A DNA stretch of 64,000 bases, taken from the NCBI GenBank assembly GCA_045106985.1, contig JBGCFQ010000005.1:86700-150699 (forward strand), in the 5' to 3' direction. This stretch comes from Pseudomonadales bacterium (GTDB lineage Bacteria; Pseudomonadota; Gammaproteobacteria; Pseudomonadales; JAUIET01). Below are positions 1 to 8,640 of the stretch, one piece after another. The first letter of the stretch is position 1. Every line of letters starts with the position of its first letter. The position numbers were made by a program, and so were the translations under genes. Below the pieces are notes generated by a model. That model was not told where the DNA came from and did no database searches. It saw nothing but the letters and a program-made list of their open reading frames with translations.

Positions 1-59
1 ATTGCCTGGCTTTCACGATTTACAAACGATTCTTCGATTAGCTGTTTCGCTGAGTGCAT
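1..59 (-). CDS. possible 5' end of a gene running off the left edge (19 codons only)
   Basis: The reverse strand reads AGGAG, 8 nt, ATG, then MHSAKQLIEESFVNRESQA with no stop before the window edge. Too short to name. Confidence 0.25.
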   Translation of the reverse strand, partial: MHSAKQLIEESFVNRESQA

Positions 60-455
60 AGCAAACGCTCCTGGCCGCGACTTTTCTCGTTAGTACACCA
101 CGTTTAGGTTAAATAGTTAATTTCGTCAATTTGGTTTAAAAGTGAGCTTGCTTAGTAAACACCGTTGAATTGAGCTCTAAAACACTGAAAAACCGCAACT
201 TAACAACTAACTAATAACGGCTGTATAGCGAATTGTTATGAGCAATGAATGGCGTTAGCTTCAATTAGTCTAAGCTTCGCTTACCTGCCGCTCATCCACT
301 CGCCTGTCCGATTACACTAAAAACCGTTACCGGCTACCGATTGAAATGCCTATTTCGTCGCAGTTTCAACTGCAACAGCGCTAAAAACGTCTCAATTGGA
401 CTATGTTAAACGCAGAACCCACAACGTTTTGGCTATTCGTCAATGAGGTACTCAA

Positions 456-695
456 GTGATTAACTCGGTTCTTTCTGCAGGTCAAACAGGTTTACAAGAA
501 GGCGTTAAACGCGCCGAAGAAGCGGCACAAACAATTGTTGGTCAGGCCAATGTAGGTGATAGCGCCGCCCCGCTGCACAGCCTTAGTGAGGCGGTTGTTG
601 AGTTGAAAATTGCTGAAACCCAGGTGGTTGCAGCTGCCGCAGTTGTTAGCAGTGCAGACGAAACGCTAGGCTCGCTAATAGACACCTTTCAGTAA
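456..695 (+). CDS. small hypothetical protein with flagellar-rod-like terminal motifs
   Basis: GTG start about 8 nt after GAGG. 79 aa, Ala/Val-rich. The N-terminus (MINSVLSAGQTGLQ) and C-terminus (VELKIAETQVVAAAAVVSSADETLGSLID) resemble the conserved ends of FlgB/FlgC-type rod proteins by eye. Lies 22 nt upstream of the SprA-like gene. Confidence 0.5.
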   Translation: MINSVLSAGQTGLQEGVKRAEEAAQTIVGQANVGDSAAPLHSLSEAVVELKIAETQVVAAAAVVSSADETLGSLIDTFQ

Positions 696-717
696 CACGG
701 CTTTTCAATACCGTTAG

Positions 718-1578
718 ATGAATATTCAATCCACCAATTCCGCGCCGTTTTTGCCGCAGAACTACGGTGCGGCTGAGTCGCACTCACTACGAGAGTTTAC
801 TCCCGCCGAAGTCAAGCCTTTGGTAGAAACTCAAGCCACCGACAACAATTTACAACAATCTCATTCTCAACATCAATCTGACTCTAAAACACCTGAATAT
901 AAAACAGGGCCAGGTGGGCAGCCTGAAAAAGATCACGAACACGCTGAAGCGGCCAGAGATGCGAAAAGTCAGGCAAACGACATTGATAGCGCAGAAGCAC
1001 AGCAAGAGAAGGCCATCATTGCTGAACTCTCTGCAAGAGACCGCGAGGTACGCGCACATGAACAAGCGCATGCCGCCGTAGGCGGACCGTTCGCAGGTTC
1101 ACCTCAATACAGCTTTCAGAGCGGTCCTAACGGTAAGCAATACGCAGTAGGCGGAGAAGTATCAATATCTCTCAGCCCTATTGCGGGCAATCCTGAAGCA
1201 ACAATACGTAAAGCGGAAGTTGTTCACCGCGCGGCGTTAGCGCCAGCAGAACCATCATCTCAAGATCGCGCGGTTGCCAGCCAAGCAACACAAATGAAAT
1301 TGCAGGCGCAAATTGAACTGCGCGAAGCCGCAGCAGAACAACGCGCGCAAGACGCCAAGACAGCCGCTGAAACAGAGACTGCTGACATCACGGGTCCAGT
1401 TGACTCTTCAGCGACTGCGGCAGCGGCTCGCTCAGACAAAGAACAGGACTCAAAAGAAAGCGCAAACACGCCAGACAATTCCCTCAATGACAGAGTAAAC
1501 CAACGCCTAGCGCGCGAACTGATGACGGCTGCGTCAGTTAATAATGATCAAGCGACCACCGTGGATGCTCTCATATAG
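718..1578 (+). CDS. SprA-related family protein (putative metalloprotease, PF12118-like)
   Basis: Contains the family hallmark block ELSARDREVRAHEQAHAAVGG...YSFQSGPNGKQYAVGGEVSISLSP...HRAALAPAEPSSQDRAVAS. The flanks are low-complexity and Gln/acidic-rich. Confidence 0.75.
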   Translation: MNIQSTNSAPFLPQNYGAAESHSLREFTPAEVKPLVETQATDNNLQQSHSQHQSDSKTPEYKTGPGGQPEKDHEHAEAARDAKSQANDIDSAEAQQEKAIIAELSARDREVRAHEQAHAAVGGPFAGSPQYSFQSGPNGKQYAVGGEVSISLSPIAGNPEATIRKAEVVHRAALAPAEPSSQDRAVASQATQMKLQAQIELREAAAEQRAQDAKTAAETETADITGPVDSSATAAAARSDKEQDSKESANTPDNSLNDRVNQRLARELMTAASVNNDQATTVDALI

Positions 1579-1612
1579 CGGGCAGCTCTTAGCTCTCACA
1601 TGCGCCTTACAT

Positions 1613-2890
1613 CTATATTAATTTGCTAAGCGAATCTGTAACCCCGCCTTTAAGCAACTTGATTTGGTTTTCGAGCCAACCACTAAGCCAGAAATTTTCT
1701 GATTGCGACAGTAGGTCTTCGTGTACCGAAATACACAGTGATGTCGCGGCAGCATGAGAAGGCTCGGCCCCTAAGACAATGTTGAGCAGATGCAGAGCTT
1801 GCTCAGGCTGCCCCGAGCTTTGCTTTTCAGCCGCTCTCGCTACTAAGGCATCTGCGCCGGCCAGGTCTAGTAGATCTTTGTCTATCGCAGTAGCCGGAAC
1901 ACTGTACAGCTCGGTTGTGGATTGATGCTTAAACCAACCTGCATAGTTTTCCCAAATGGCGCGAATATTCCAGCTAACTTTTCCGTAGCCTTGCCCCACT
2001 TCCAGTTCCGCGGGCAGCTGAATTTCCTGTTGCAACGTGTTGAGGTCTTTGCCGGCGTTCATGCCTTTGACGGTTTCGTCATGGATGTAGAGAGTTGCGT
2101 CGCGGTAGGCTGTTAGTTCTTCTTGAATAAGTTGAGCGCCTTCTACGGCCTGATGATGACCATACAAAATGACCTCAGGGCCAAGATCCATCACTAGCTG
2201 CGCGGCCGCTGCACAGCTGATGGCATCGCGATAACGATCGCCACGAATAGTCACCAGATTCGGAATGTGGCCAAAAAAGGCCCCGAAGATATTGCCCGTT
2301 AAACAAATCTTGTCGTCAGGCAACCATACGATCAAGGAGTCGTTGGTTTCTGCACCTGGTGCTGCAATCAAAACGACGCTAAGTCCGCCCAAGGTCAGTT
2401 CATGACGTTGATCAAAAACAATATCTGGAGTGGGCTTATCTTGCGGATTGATATCGGTATAGCCTTGCTTCGCATAGTAGGTGAAGTCTTCGATAAAGCT
2501 GTCATGAAACCGAAACGCCGATCGTGCTGCGCGAAAAGCCTGCAGCCTGCCGTCGTATTCCTGATGCTCTTGATTGCCAGCTTGGGCAATGTAGCTTAGC
2601 CCTGGGTTTTTATCCCTAAAGAACTGCATGCCGCCAACATGATCTACATGACCCTGGGTAGTAATCGCGTACTTGATTGGCGCGTCGGTGAACGTACTGT
2701 AATTGCTATGATGCACGGGGGCTTCAAAACCCATGCCGGTATTGATTAGAATGTTGCCGTCTGGAGTTTCCAGCAAATACGAGTTGGAGTTACCAGATGA
2801 CTCAAGGACAAAATCATTTATTCGTTGAGATACGCCGAATCGAGCTGCGGCGAGCGTTTGTGGCCGAGCCGTGTAAAGAGGAGTTCGCAT
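1613..2890 (-). CDS. MBL-fold metallo-hydrolase, alkyl/aryl-sulfatase-like
   Basis: HxHxDH-type motif TTQGHVDHVGG. The C-terminal part (GYGKVSWNIRAIWENYAGWFK) resembles the alkyl-sulfatase dimerisation domain. I prefer the ATG at 2890 (AAGGA upstream) over the GTG at 2926. Confidence 0.7.
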   Translation of the reverse strand: MRTPLYTARPQTLAAARFGVSQRINDFVLESSGNSNSYLLETPDGNILINTGMGFEAPVHHSNYSTFTDAPIKYAITTQGHVDHVGGMQFFRDKNPGLSYIAQAGNQEHQEYDGRLQAFRAARSAFRFHDSFIEDFTYYAKQGYTDINPQDKPTPDIVFDQRHELTLGGLSVVLIAAPGAETNDSLIVWLPDDKICLTGNIFGAFFGHIPNLVTIRGDRYRDAISCAAAAQLVMDLGPEVILYGHHQAVEGAQLIQEELTAYRDATLYIHDETVKGMNAGKDLNTLQQEIQLPAELEVGQGYGKVSWNIRAIWENYAGWFKHQSTTELYSVPATAIDKDLLDLAGADALVARAAEKQSSGQPEQALHLLNIVLGAEPSHAAATSLCISVHEDLLSQSENFWLSGWLENQIKLLKGGVTDSLSKLI

Positions 2891-3012
2891 TACGGTACTT
2901 TTCCTTAGGAGCGTTGATACACGCACTTTACCTGATTGCGTAAAGCCGTGAATTACAACATCATGAGACTCATGAACACACTGTCAAAAAACTCGAAATC
3001 CATTCAGCGCGA

Positions 3013-3759
3013 ATGCCCATAAAAGCGAAGCTGGTACCCGTAGCAGACTCAGCCTTATTGGTTGAGTTCGACAATCGCATAGACCCTGTTGTTAATAGCC
3101 AGGTGCTTAGCTTGATGCATGCCATACAGGGTGTTGTAGACGCTAACGAGCTATCAGGCTCGCTAGCCGGAATTGTGGAACTGGTTCCAAGCTACCGTTC
3201 TCTGCTGGTGGAATACGACTGTACGCGTCTTGCCCTAGACGACTTAAGTATTTTGGTAAATAAGCTTCTCAATTTGGATGACAGCTCTGCCGTAGCAACG
3301 CAGCACTGGCGTGTGCCTGTGTGCTACGGAGGCGCTGCAGGCTGCGATCTTGACGAGGTTGCCAAGCTGCACGACATAAGCACAAATGAGGTGATTCGCT
3401 TGCACAGGGAGGCTGAGTTTCGCGCCTACATGCTTGGTTTTGCCCCAGGTTGGTGCTACCTGGGCGGCCTACCAGAAGCATTGCACACTCCCCGTTTGGA
3501 TGCCCCTCGATTAAAGGTGCCTGCCGGCTGCATTTCGATAGGAGGCCAGCAAGGAATGATTGGCGCATTGGAGATGCCTAGCGGCTGGCGTTTGCTAGGC
3601 CAAACACCCATTCGAAATTACGACCCGACCCGCGAACCCCCATTTCTTATAAAAGCGGGCGATACCGTGAGCTTTTATGAAATTGATGCGAACGAGTATG
3701 ACCGCCAGCAAAAGGCAGCCGTCAAAGGCGAACTGACGATTGAGCCAGAGCTCGTATGA
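3013..3759 (+). CDS. pxpB: 5-oxoprolinase subunit PxpB (allophanate hydrolase subunit 1 / KipI family)
   Basis: Size and motifs (VELVPSYRSLLVEYD, GFAPGWCYLGGLPE) fit the family. ATGA overlap with the next gene. Confidence 0.75.
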   Translation: MPIKAKLVPVADSALLVEFDNRIDPVVNSQVLSLMHAIQGVVDANELSGSLAGIVELVPSYRSLLVEYDCTRLALDDLSILVNKLLNLDDSSAVATQHWRVPVCYGGAAGCDLDEVAKLHDISTNEVIRLHREAEFRAYMLGFAPGWCYLGGLPEALHTPRLDAPRLKVPAGCISIGGQQGMIGALEMPSGWRLLGQTPIRNYDPTREPPFLIKAGDTVSFYEIDANEYDRQQKAAVKGELTIEPELV

Positions 3760-4700
3760 CTGCCGGACTATTGGTTAAACATGCCACGCCACTGTGCCAG
3801 CTGCAGGATTTAGGGCGTATCGGTTACCGCGCGCAAGGAGTTACTCGCAGTGGCGCAATGGACCGCTTCAATTTGAAAGTAGCCAACGCGCTGGTTGCTA
3901 ACCCATTGAATACCGCCTGCCTTGAACTAACGCTCACAGGAGCCACATTCGAACTTACGGCCACCAGCGCCCGCATAGCCTTAGCCGGCGACTTCGATTT
4001 CAAAATTAATGGCATTGCAAAGGAAGTGTTCTGCAGCCATAGAATTGTTGAGGGTGATACGATTGAAATTGGCGCACCGCAAACAGGATTGCGCGCCTAC
4101 CTGGCGATTGCCGGCGGTTTCGATAGCTCACCGATACTCGGCAGCTGCGCGACACATACTCGTTCAAAATTGGGCGGCTTTGCACACGGTATAAACTTTG
4201 GCGAAACGCTGCCTATTAAAGCGCCCATCGCAGTAAGTGGTCATGAATGTAGTTTGCGACAAGGTTTGCGTCGCGGCCCTAAGGAAATTGTTCGAGTTGT
4301 TGCTGGCCCACAGCAAGAACATTTCTCCTCATCAGGTATAGAAAGCTTCTATACCTCGGCGTACAAGGTAACAGATGAATGCGACCGCATGGGCATTCGG
4401 CTGGATGGGGCACGAATAGAGCATGTGGGCGATGGCAATATTATTTCTGACCCGGTGATGCCAGGCAGCGTTCAAGTACCGGCCGGCGGCCAACCGATTA
4501 TTCTGATGGCCGATGGTCCCACTACTGGCGGCTACCCAAAAATAGCAACCGTTGCCAGCGTAGACTTAGCTGTTTTGGCCCAACTTGCCCCGGGAGCAGG
4601 GCTTCAATTCGAACAGATCAGCGTAGAAGAGAGCCAAACACTCGTGCGTGACGAAGCGCGCTTTTTCGCGAGCTTGCCACAGAGACTGGATCGTTTTTGA
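3756..4700 (+). CDS. pxpC: 5-oxoprolinase subunit PxpC (biotin-dependent carboxyltransferase family / KipA)
   Basis: QDLGRIGYRAQGVTRSGAMD, DRMGIRLDG and TTGGYPKIATV motifs. Translationally coupled to pxpB. Confidence 0.75.
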   Translation: MTAGLLVKHATPLCQLQDLGRIGYRAQGVTRSGAMDRFNLKVANALVANPLNTACLELTLTGATFELTATSARIALAGDFDFKINGIAKEVFCSHRIVEGDTIEIGAPQTGLRAYLAIAGGFDSSPILGSCATHTRSKLGGFAHGINFGETLPIKAPIAVSGHECSLRQGLRRGPKEIVRVVAGPQQEHFSSSGIESFYTSAYKVTDECDRMGIRLDGARIEHVGDGNIISDPVMPGSVQVPAGGQPIILMADGPTTGGYPKIATVASVDLAVLAQLAPGAGLQFEQISVEESQTLVRDEARFFASLPQRLDRF

Positions 4701-4704
4701 CGAC

Positions 4705-5172
4705 CTAGCTTCCAGCTTTATTTACCGTGCCATCATTGTCAGGTAAGTAAGTTTGAAACATTTCGCCCAGCTCACCGTCATCGTGCTTGGGGATGCGATA
4801 CCAGGTTCGAATGGCAAGCGAGCCATCCGGCTCAAATCGAAATGACTCAATGCTCGGCTCTACATACTGCTCGCCGCCTTTGTTCACTTGGTTTTGCATT
4901 ACCCAACACACCTCGTTACCTAGAACGAACAATGTTTCTTTCCTTATGTTGAACTTAACGTTGGGTTGAAACAAGTCCCAGCTGTCTTCACAGCAGTGTT
5001 TAAAACCGAATTTCTCTGGTGTAGCCACCGGATCAAACATTCGAACGGCGTCGCCCTGCACTACTGTTCGGTAAGAGTCGATCCAGCCCTGCTTGTCACC
5101 GGCATTCCAAAGCTTGTCGTAGTTATTAGCCCAGGCTTTTAATGCCTCCTTACTCGGTATTCTAGAACTCAT
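4705..5172 (-). CDS. NTF2/SnoaL-like fold protein
   Basis: 155 aa. The N-terminal AWANNYDKLWNAGDKQGWIDSY pattern is typical of SnoaL-like proteins. Weak call. Confidence 0.4.
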   Translation of the reverse strand: MSSRIPSKEALKAWANNYDKLWNAGDKQGWIDSYRTVVQGDAVRMFDPVATPEKFGFKHCCEDSWDLFQPNVKFNIRKETLFVLGNEVCWVMQNQVNKGGEQYVEPSIESFRFEPDGSLAIRTWYRIPKHDDGELGEMFQTYLPDNDGTVNKAGS

Positions 5173-5208
5173 GGGGTTTTACTCCTGTTTCATAGTTTGT
5201 ATTTAGCG

Positions 5209-7449
5209 TTAGGATTCAGAAACGCCCTCTTGCGATACGTCGGTGGTTTCGAGGTGGTCAATGAAGATGGGCGAAGACCAGGCTCGTTCGCCAAGCGGTG
5301 CGAGGCAATCATCACTTTGATCAGTTCGGTTATCACCATAGCAAGGGTTTACCTTTATGCAGCGCCCGGCCTCATCAAGTTCACAGCGTACACCGCCGCC
5401 ATTAATTGCGTCGCTTTGCGCCTGAATAGCCCGCGCATAGTAAACATTTTCGCGTCCAGAGCTAAGGAACTCAACATCGTCAAACTCTACGGAACAAAGC
5501 GACTGCGCATCATCACATTGAAATGTTTTCCATGGGTCTTCTATAAGCGAGCCTACGTCTTCACCGGCTTCAATCTGCGGCCGTATTCTAACAATCTCTA
5601 TGCGCTCTATGTCTTTACGTGTATTAGATGGGTTGTAGCACTCTCCGCCACATAGTTGTTGCAGCGCGTCGACGCCCATCGCTTCTTCGGCATAGCTTGG
5701 GCAGCCGGGTAATTGCTCGAATGCCCCTGCCGCTTGCACCCTAAACCGAGGGTTTGTTGCCAGAGAGAATTCCGAGCCCATTGGTTTAGGCGCTGATTTG
5801 TCTGTGATTTCTTCGAACCACATCAAGGTTCTATCACCGGAGGTGCCGTAAACGTTCTTCGCGCTCATCGCGTCCCAAATAGAATCACGGTCACGCCCTT
5901 CGCTGTGCACTGCAACCAAACCACCTGTCATCCAGAACGATGCTTGACGCTCCATGTTGCGTTGCATATTCAAACCGTATTGACCAATTTCTGCAGCCGG
6001 CATTGACTCAGCTTCTGGTTCACGTGAATCGCGCATCATTCTGGCCGCCATTTTTTCGTTTTGCAGCATCAAGCCGTCCACAAGCCGGTTGCGATCAAGT
6101 TCCTTGTAACCTGTTCCTGGCGCGGCGCCATGGTTGTCACTGGAACCGATAAAACCGAAGCGAAATCTCAGAGGTTTATTCGGGTTGTCGAAGTTAGTAA
6201 TGGCAAGCGCATATTGCGCGGTGGTTTTAGGTCTATGATCCATCGGCTCGGCAAAGCAATCTGGGCAGAGGCCGCAATTGAGCCAGTCAGACACTTGTTG
6301 GCCGGGTACCGTCAGATGCCCGGATATTCCGGCGTCAATAAAATTTTGTCTAGCGTCTGCTGCTCTGGAGTAACACTCGAAAGCGTCAGTACGGCCAGCT
6401 ACACCTTCAGTTAAGCAACGTTGCTCAATAATACGACCGGCTTGCTGGCAACAGGGCAAGTAGTCGTCAGTCGATTCTGGGCAGCTTTGATTGCCTTTGT
6501 CGTCAATTTCGACCGAACGCCAATTGCGGTACTCTTCAGAATTACCATGCCCCGAATACACTTCAAACAAGGTTTGTAAGCGAGGGTCGTGCTGCTGACT
6601 ATTAAGCTGCTTATCAAAGCTGGTGCCTGGCGGTGTATTCATACCCCATGAATTTCCATGCGGTACTACCAATGTGTCAAAGCCCCACTCATTGAGCTTG
6701 CCAAACAGCTCCTTTGGGTCGTCGGCAACTTCCAGGCAATCGGTTGGCAGGTCGCGCGTGTTGATATTTTTTTCACAGATTGGCGTGTCACCAATCTCTT
6801 TATAGTAAGTGTCTATGCCTAAGTAGTAGTCGCGATTTTCGAAGTCGTTAAGACCCAGCATTAATTGCGCAGCTCGCCCCATAGGGGCTTCGTTTAGAAG
6901 CTCTCGTGGTGCTGCAATGGCACGCGCCGGTACCTTGTCATCCGCTGTGTCTCTGAATATTACGTTCTTGTGGCCATAATGTTTTGTGCGGTCTACATTC
7001 ACCTGGCTCCATTCCCAGCCTAGGAAAGCCACCATGTCCGGATTGGCAGGATTACCAGAAACCGCGTTACATTGCCGTATGAGGTTTTTGGTCTCCGACC
7101 AACGCCGCGGCGTAACACCTTCTGCGTGGTCGTTGATAGACCAGAAATCAAGTGCCGAGCAGTAGCGTGCGTAATCGCAGGCTGCGGCTGGAGGTGTGAG
7201 TCCCTGCCCACCTGCTGCAGGCATTGCAATAATAAAAGCATCGGGCGAAAAGGTGGTGTGTACATGCAGGTCGCCAAACAGTATTTGGCTGGCTGAAGCT
7301 TTGTTCGCGCCCAGTTCATTTTGGGCGAGTTGTTTGGCGCTCAGCACAGCCGCTGGCAACTCAGGCCCCTGCACCTCGCCAGCTTTCTGGGGGTCACTAC
7401 ACGCCGTTAGCAGCAATAGCCATACAACAACAAAAACCGGAGCACGCAT
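5209..7449 (-). CDS. DUF3604 domain-containing lipoprotein
   Basis: GDLHVHTTFSPDAF metal-binding opening motif and the overall length fit DUF3604. The internal start MRAPVFVVVWLLLLTAC supplies a lipobox and removes the overlap with the upstream gene (the track ORF extends to 7551). Confidence 0.75.
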   Translation of the reverse strand: MRAPVFVVVWLLLLTACSDPQKAGEVQGPELPAAVLSAKQLAQNELGANKASASQILFGDLHVHTTFSPDAFIIAMPAAGGQGLTPPAAACDYARYCSALDFWSINDHAEGVTPRRWSETKNLIRQCNAVSGNPANPDMVAFLGWEWSQVNVDRTKHYGHKNVIFRDTADDKVPARAIAAPRELLNEAPMGRAAQLMLGLNDFENRDYYLGIDTYYKEIGDTPICEKNINTRDLPTDCLEVADDPKELFGKLNEWGFDTLVVPHGNSWGMNTPPGTSFDKQLNSQQHDPRLQTLFEVYSGHGNSEEYRNWRSVEIDDKGNQSCPESTDDYLPCCQQAGRIIEQRCLTEGVAGRTDAFECYSRAADARQNFIDAGISGHLTVPGQQVSDWLNCGLCPDCFAEPMDHRPKTTAQYALAITNFDNPNKPLRFRFGFIGSSDNHGAAPGTGYKELDRNRLVDGLMLQNEKMAARMMRDSREPEAESMPAAEIGQYGLNMQRNMERQASFWMTGGLVAVHSEGRDRDSIWDAMSAKNVYGTSGDRTLMWFEEITDKSAPKPMGSEFSLATNPRFRVQAAGAFEQLPGCPSYAEEAMGVDALQQLCGGECYNPSNTRKDIERIEIVRIRPQIEAGEDVGSLIEDPWKTFQCDDAQSLCSVEFDDVEFLSSGRENVYYARAIQAQSDAINGGGVRCELDEAGRCIKVNPCYGDNRTDQSDDCLAPLGERAWSSPIFIDHLETTDVSQEGVSES

Positions 7450-7456
7450 AAAGCTA

Positions 7457-8506
7457 TTAAACGATAACAATAGTTCGCCCCACTGTTTTTCTATCGGCCA
7501 TGTCTTGCAAACACTGTGGCAGGTGTTCAAAGCTTTCTGTTCTTCCAACAACGGCCTTAAGCTTACCCTCGTTAACCAATTCTACCAATTGCTTTGTTAT
7601 TGACTCACCCAGGTTTCTGTGTGGAAAGTTCCAGCCCATCGCCTCTTTAATAAAAGCGCCGGAGGCATCATCGGCATACGCCAACAAAACGCCACATAAT
7701 CTAAAATTTCCTAGTGCTATTCGACGTGGTACCAGGAATTTTTCATCGGCCACTGATTTGTCGGAGGCAAAACCATTCATAACATAACGACCGTTATAGC
7801 GCAGGCAATTCATGGATTTTTCCATCACCGCCTCTCCTACATTATCGAACACTACATCAACCCCTTGCTTGTTGGTTAGCTCCATTACCTTTGCTGCAAA
7901 GTCGTCGGTTTCGTAATTAATCGTCGCATCGGCACCGAGCGAGGCGCACAACGCTAACTTCTCATTTGTTCCGGCTGTAGCGATGACCCTGGCGCCACGC
8001 AATTTCGCTAGCTGAATGGCCGCTGAGCCTGCGCCACCGGCGGCGGCATGAATAAGCACCGTTTCATTTTCTTGCAGGTCGGCTCGATCATACAAACCTA
8101 ACCAGGCAAGATGAAATGGAAAATACAAAGCGGCTGCGTCAGGTAAGGCAACAGAGTCTGGCATTTCAAACGCAGAGACTATTGGGCACACGGCATACTC
8201 AGCAAAGCCTCCATGGGCGCCAGCTGTGATGGCAACCACACGCTTGCCGGCCCAGCTTTCGGCCCCGGCACCGCACTGATGAACCACACCCATAACCTCC
8301 ATACCCGGGCTGTATGGCAGCTCTGGCTCCACCATCATGTTGCCACCCTTAACACGCTCAAGGTCATTCAGGTTAAGGGGTATTCCTTGAACCTTTACCA
8401 GCACCTCGTTATCACCCGGCTGAGGTATTGGCACCTCATCAAGCTTCAATGCTTCAAGTGGTTCTGCGTAGTACTGTGTGCGCCAGGCGCGCATTGTATC
8501 GGTCAT
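7457..8506 (-). CDS. NADPH:quinone oxidoreductase / zinc-type alcohol dehydrogenase (MDR) family
   Basis: Rossmann motif HAAAGGAGSAAIQLAK, MDR-type N-terminal GroES-like region, 349 aa. Confidence 0.8.
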   Translation of the reverse strand: MTDTMRAWRTQYYAEPLEALKLDEVPIPQPGDNEVLVKVQGIPLNLNDLERVKGGNMMVEPELPYSPGMEVMGVVHQCGAGAESWAGKRVVAITAGAHGGFAEYAVCPIVSAFEMPDSVALPDAAALYFPFHLAWLGLYDRADLQENETVLIHAAAGGAGSAAIQLAKLRGARVIATAGTNEKLALCASLGADATINYETDDFAAKVMELTNKQGVDVVFDNVGEAVMEKSMNCLRYNGRYVMNGFASDKSVADEKFLVPRRIALGNFRLCGVLLAYADDASGAFIKEAMGWNFPHRNLGESITKQLVELVNEGKLKAVVGRTESFEHLPQCLQDMADRKTVGRTIVIV

Positions 8507-8555
8507 GTGTTCTCTACCTGCTGTGGTGCATTTTAATGTTGGCCGTTAACACTTT

Positions 8556-8640
8556 GCTTTCTATACCTCGCTGGGCACAACTTTTTATGCTTGGCTTTCT
8601 ATACCTCGCTGGGCACGGCTTTTTATGCTTCGCTGGGCAC
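8556..8640. repeat. 38-bp tandem duplication (2 units plus a partial) reiterating the 3' end of the sulfotransferase gene
   Basis: Unit 1 (8556-8593) and unit 2 (8594-8631) match at 35/38 positions, followed by a partial gctgggcac (8632-8640). On the minus strand the true gene end GTGCCCAGCGAAGCATAA is followed by two degenerate copies, GTGCCCAGCGAGGTATAG. Confidence 0.8.

Noticed and set aside
3013-4700. pxpB-pxpC without an adjacent pxpA (LamB-like) gene
   Set aside because: PxpA is often encoded elsewhere or on the other side of the operon. Its absence from one window is not informative.
8556-8640. Repeat considered as a mini CRISPR array
   Set aside because: The units are directly adjacent with no spacers, and there are only about 2.2 copies derived from the neighbouring gene end. 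This is not CRISPR.
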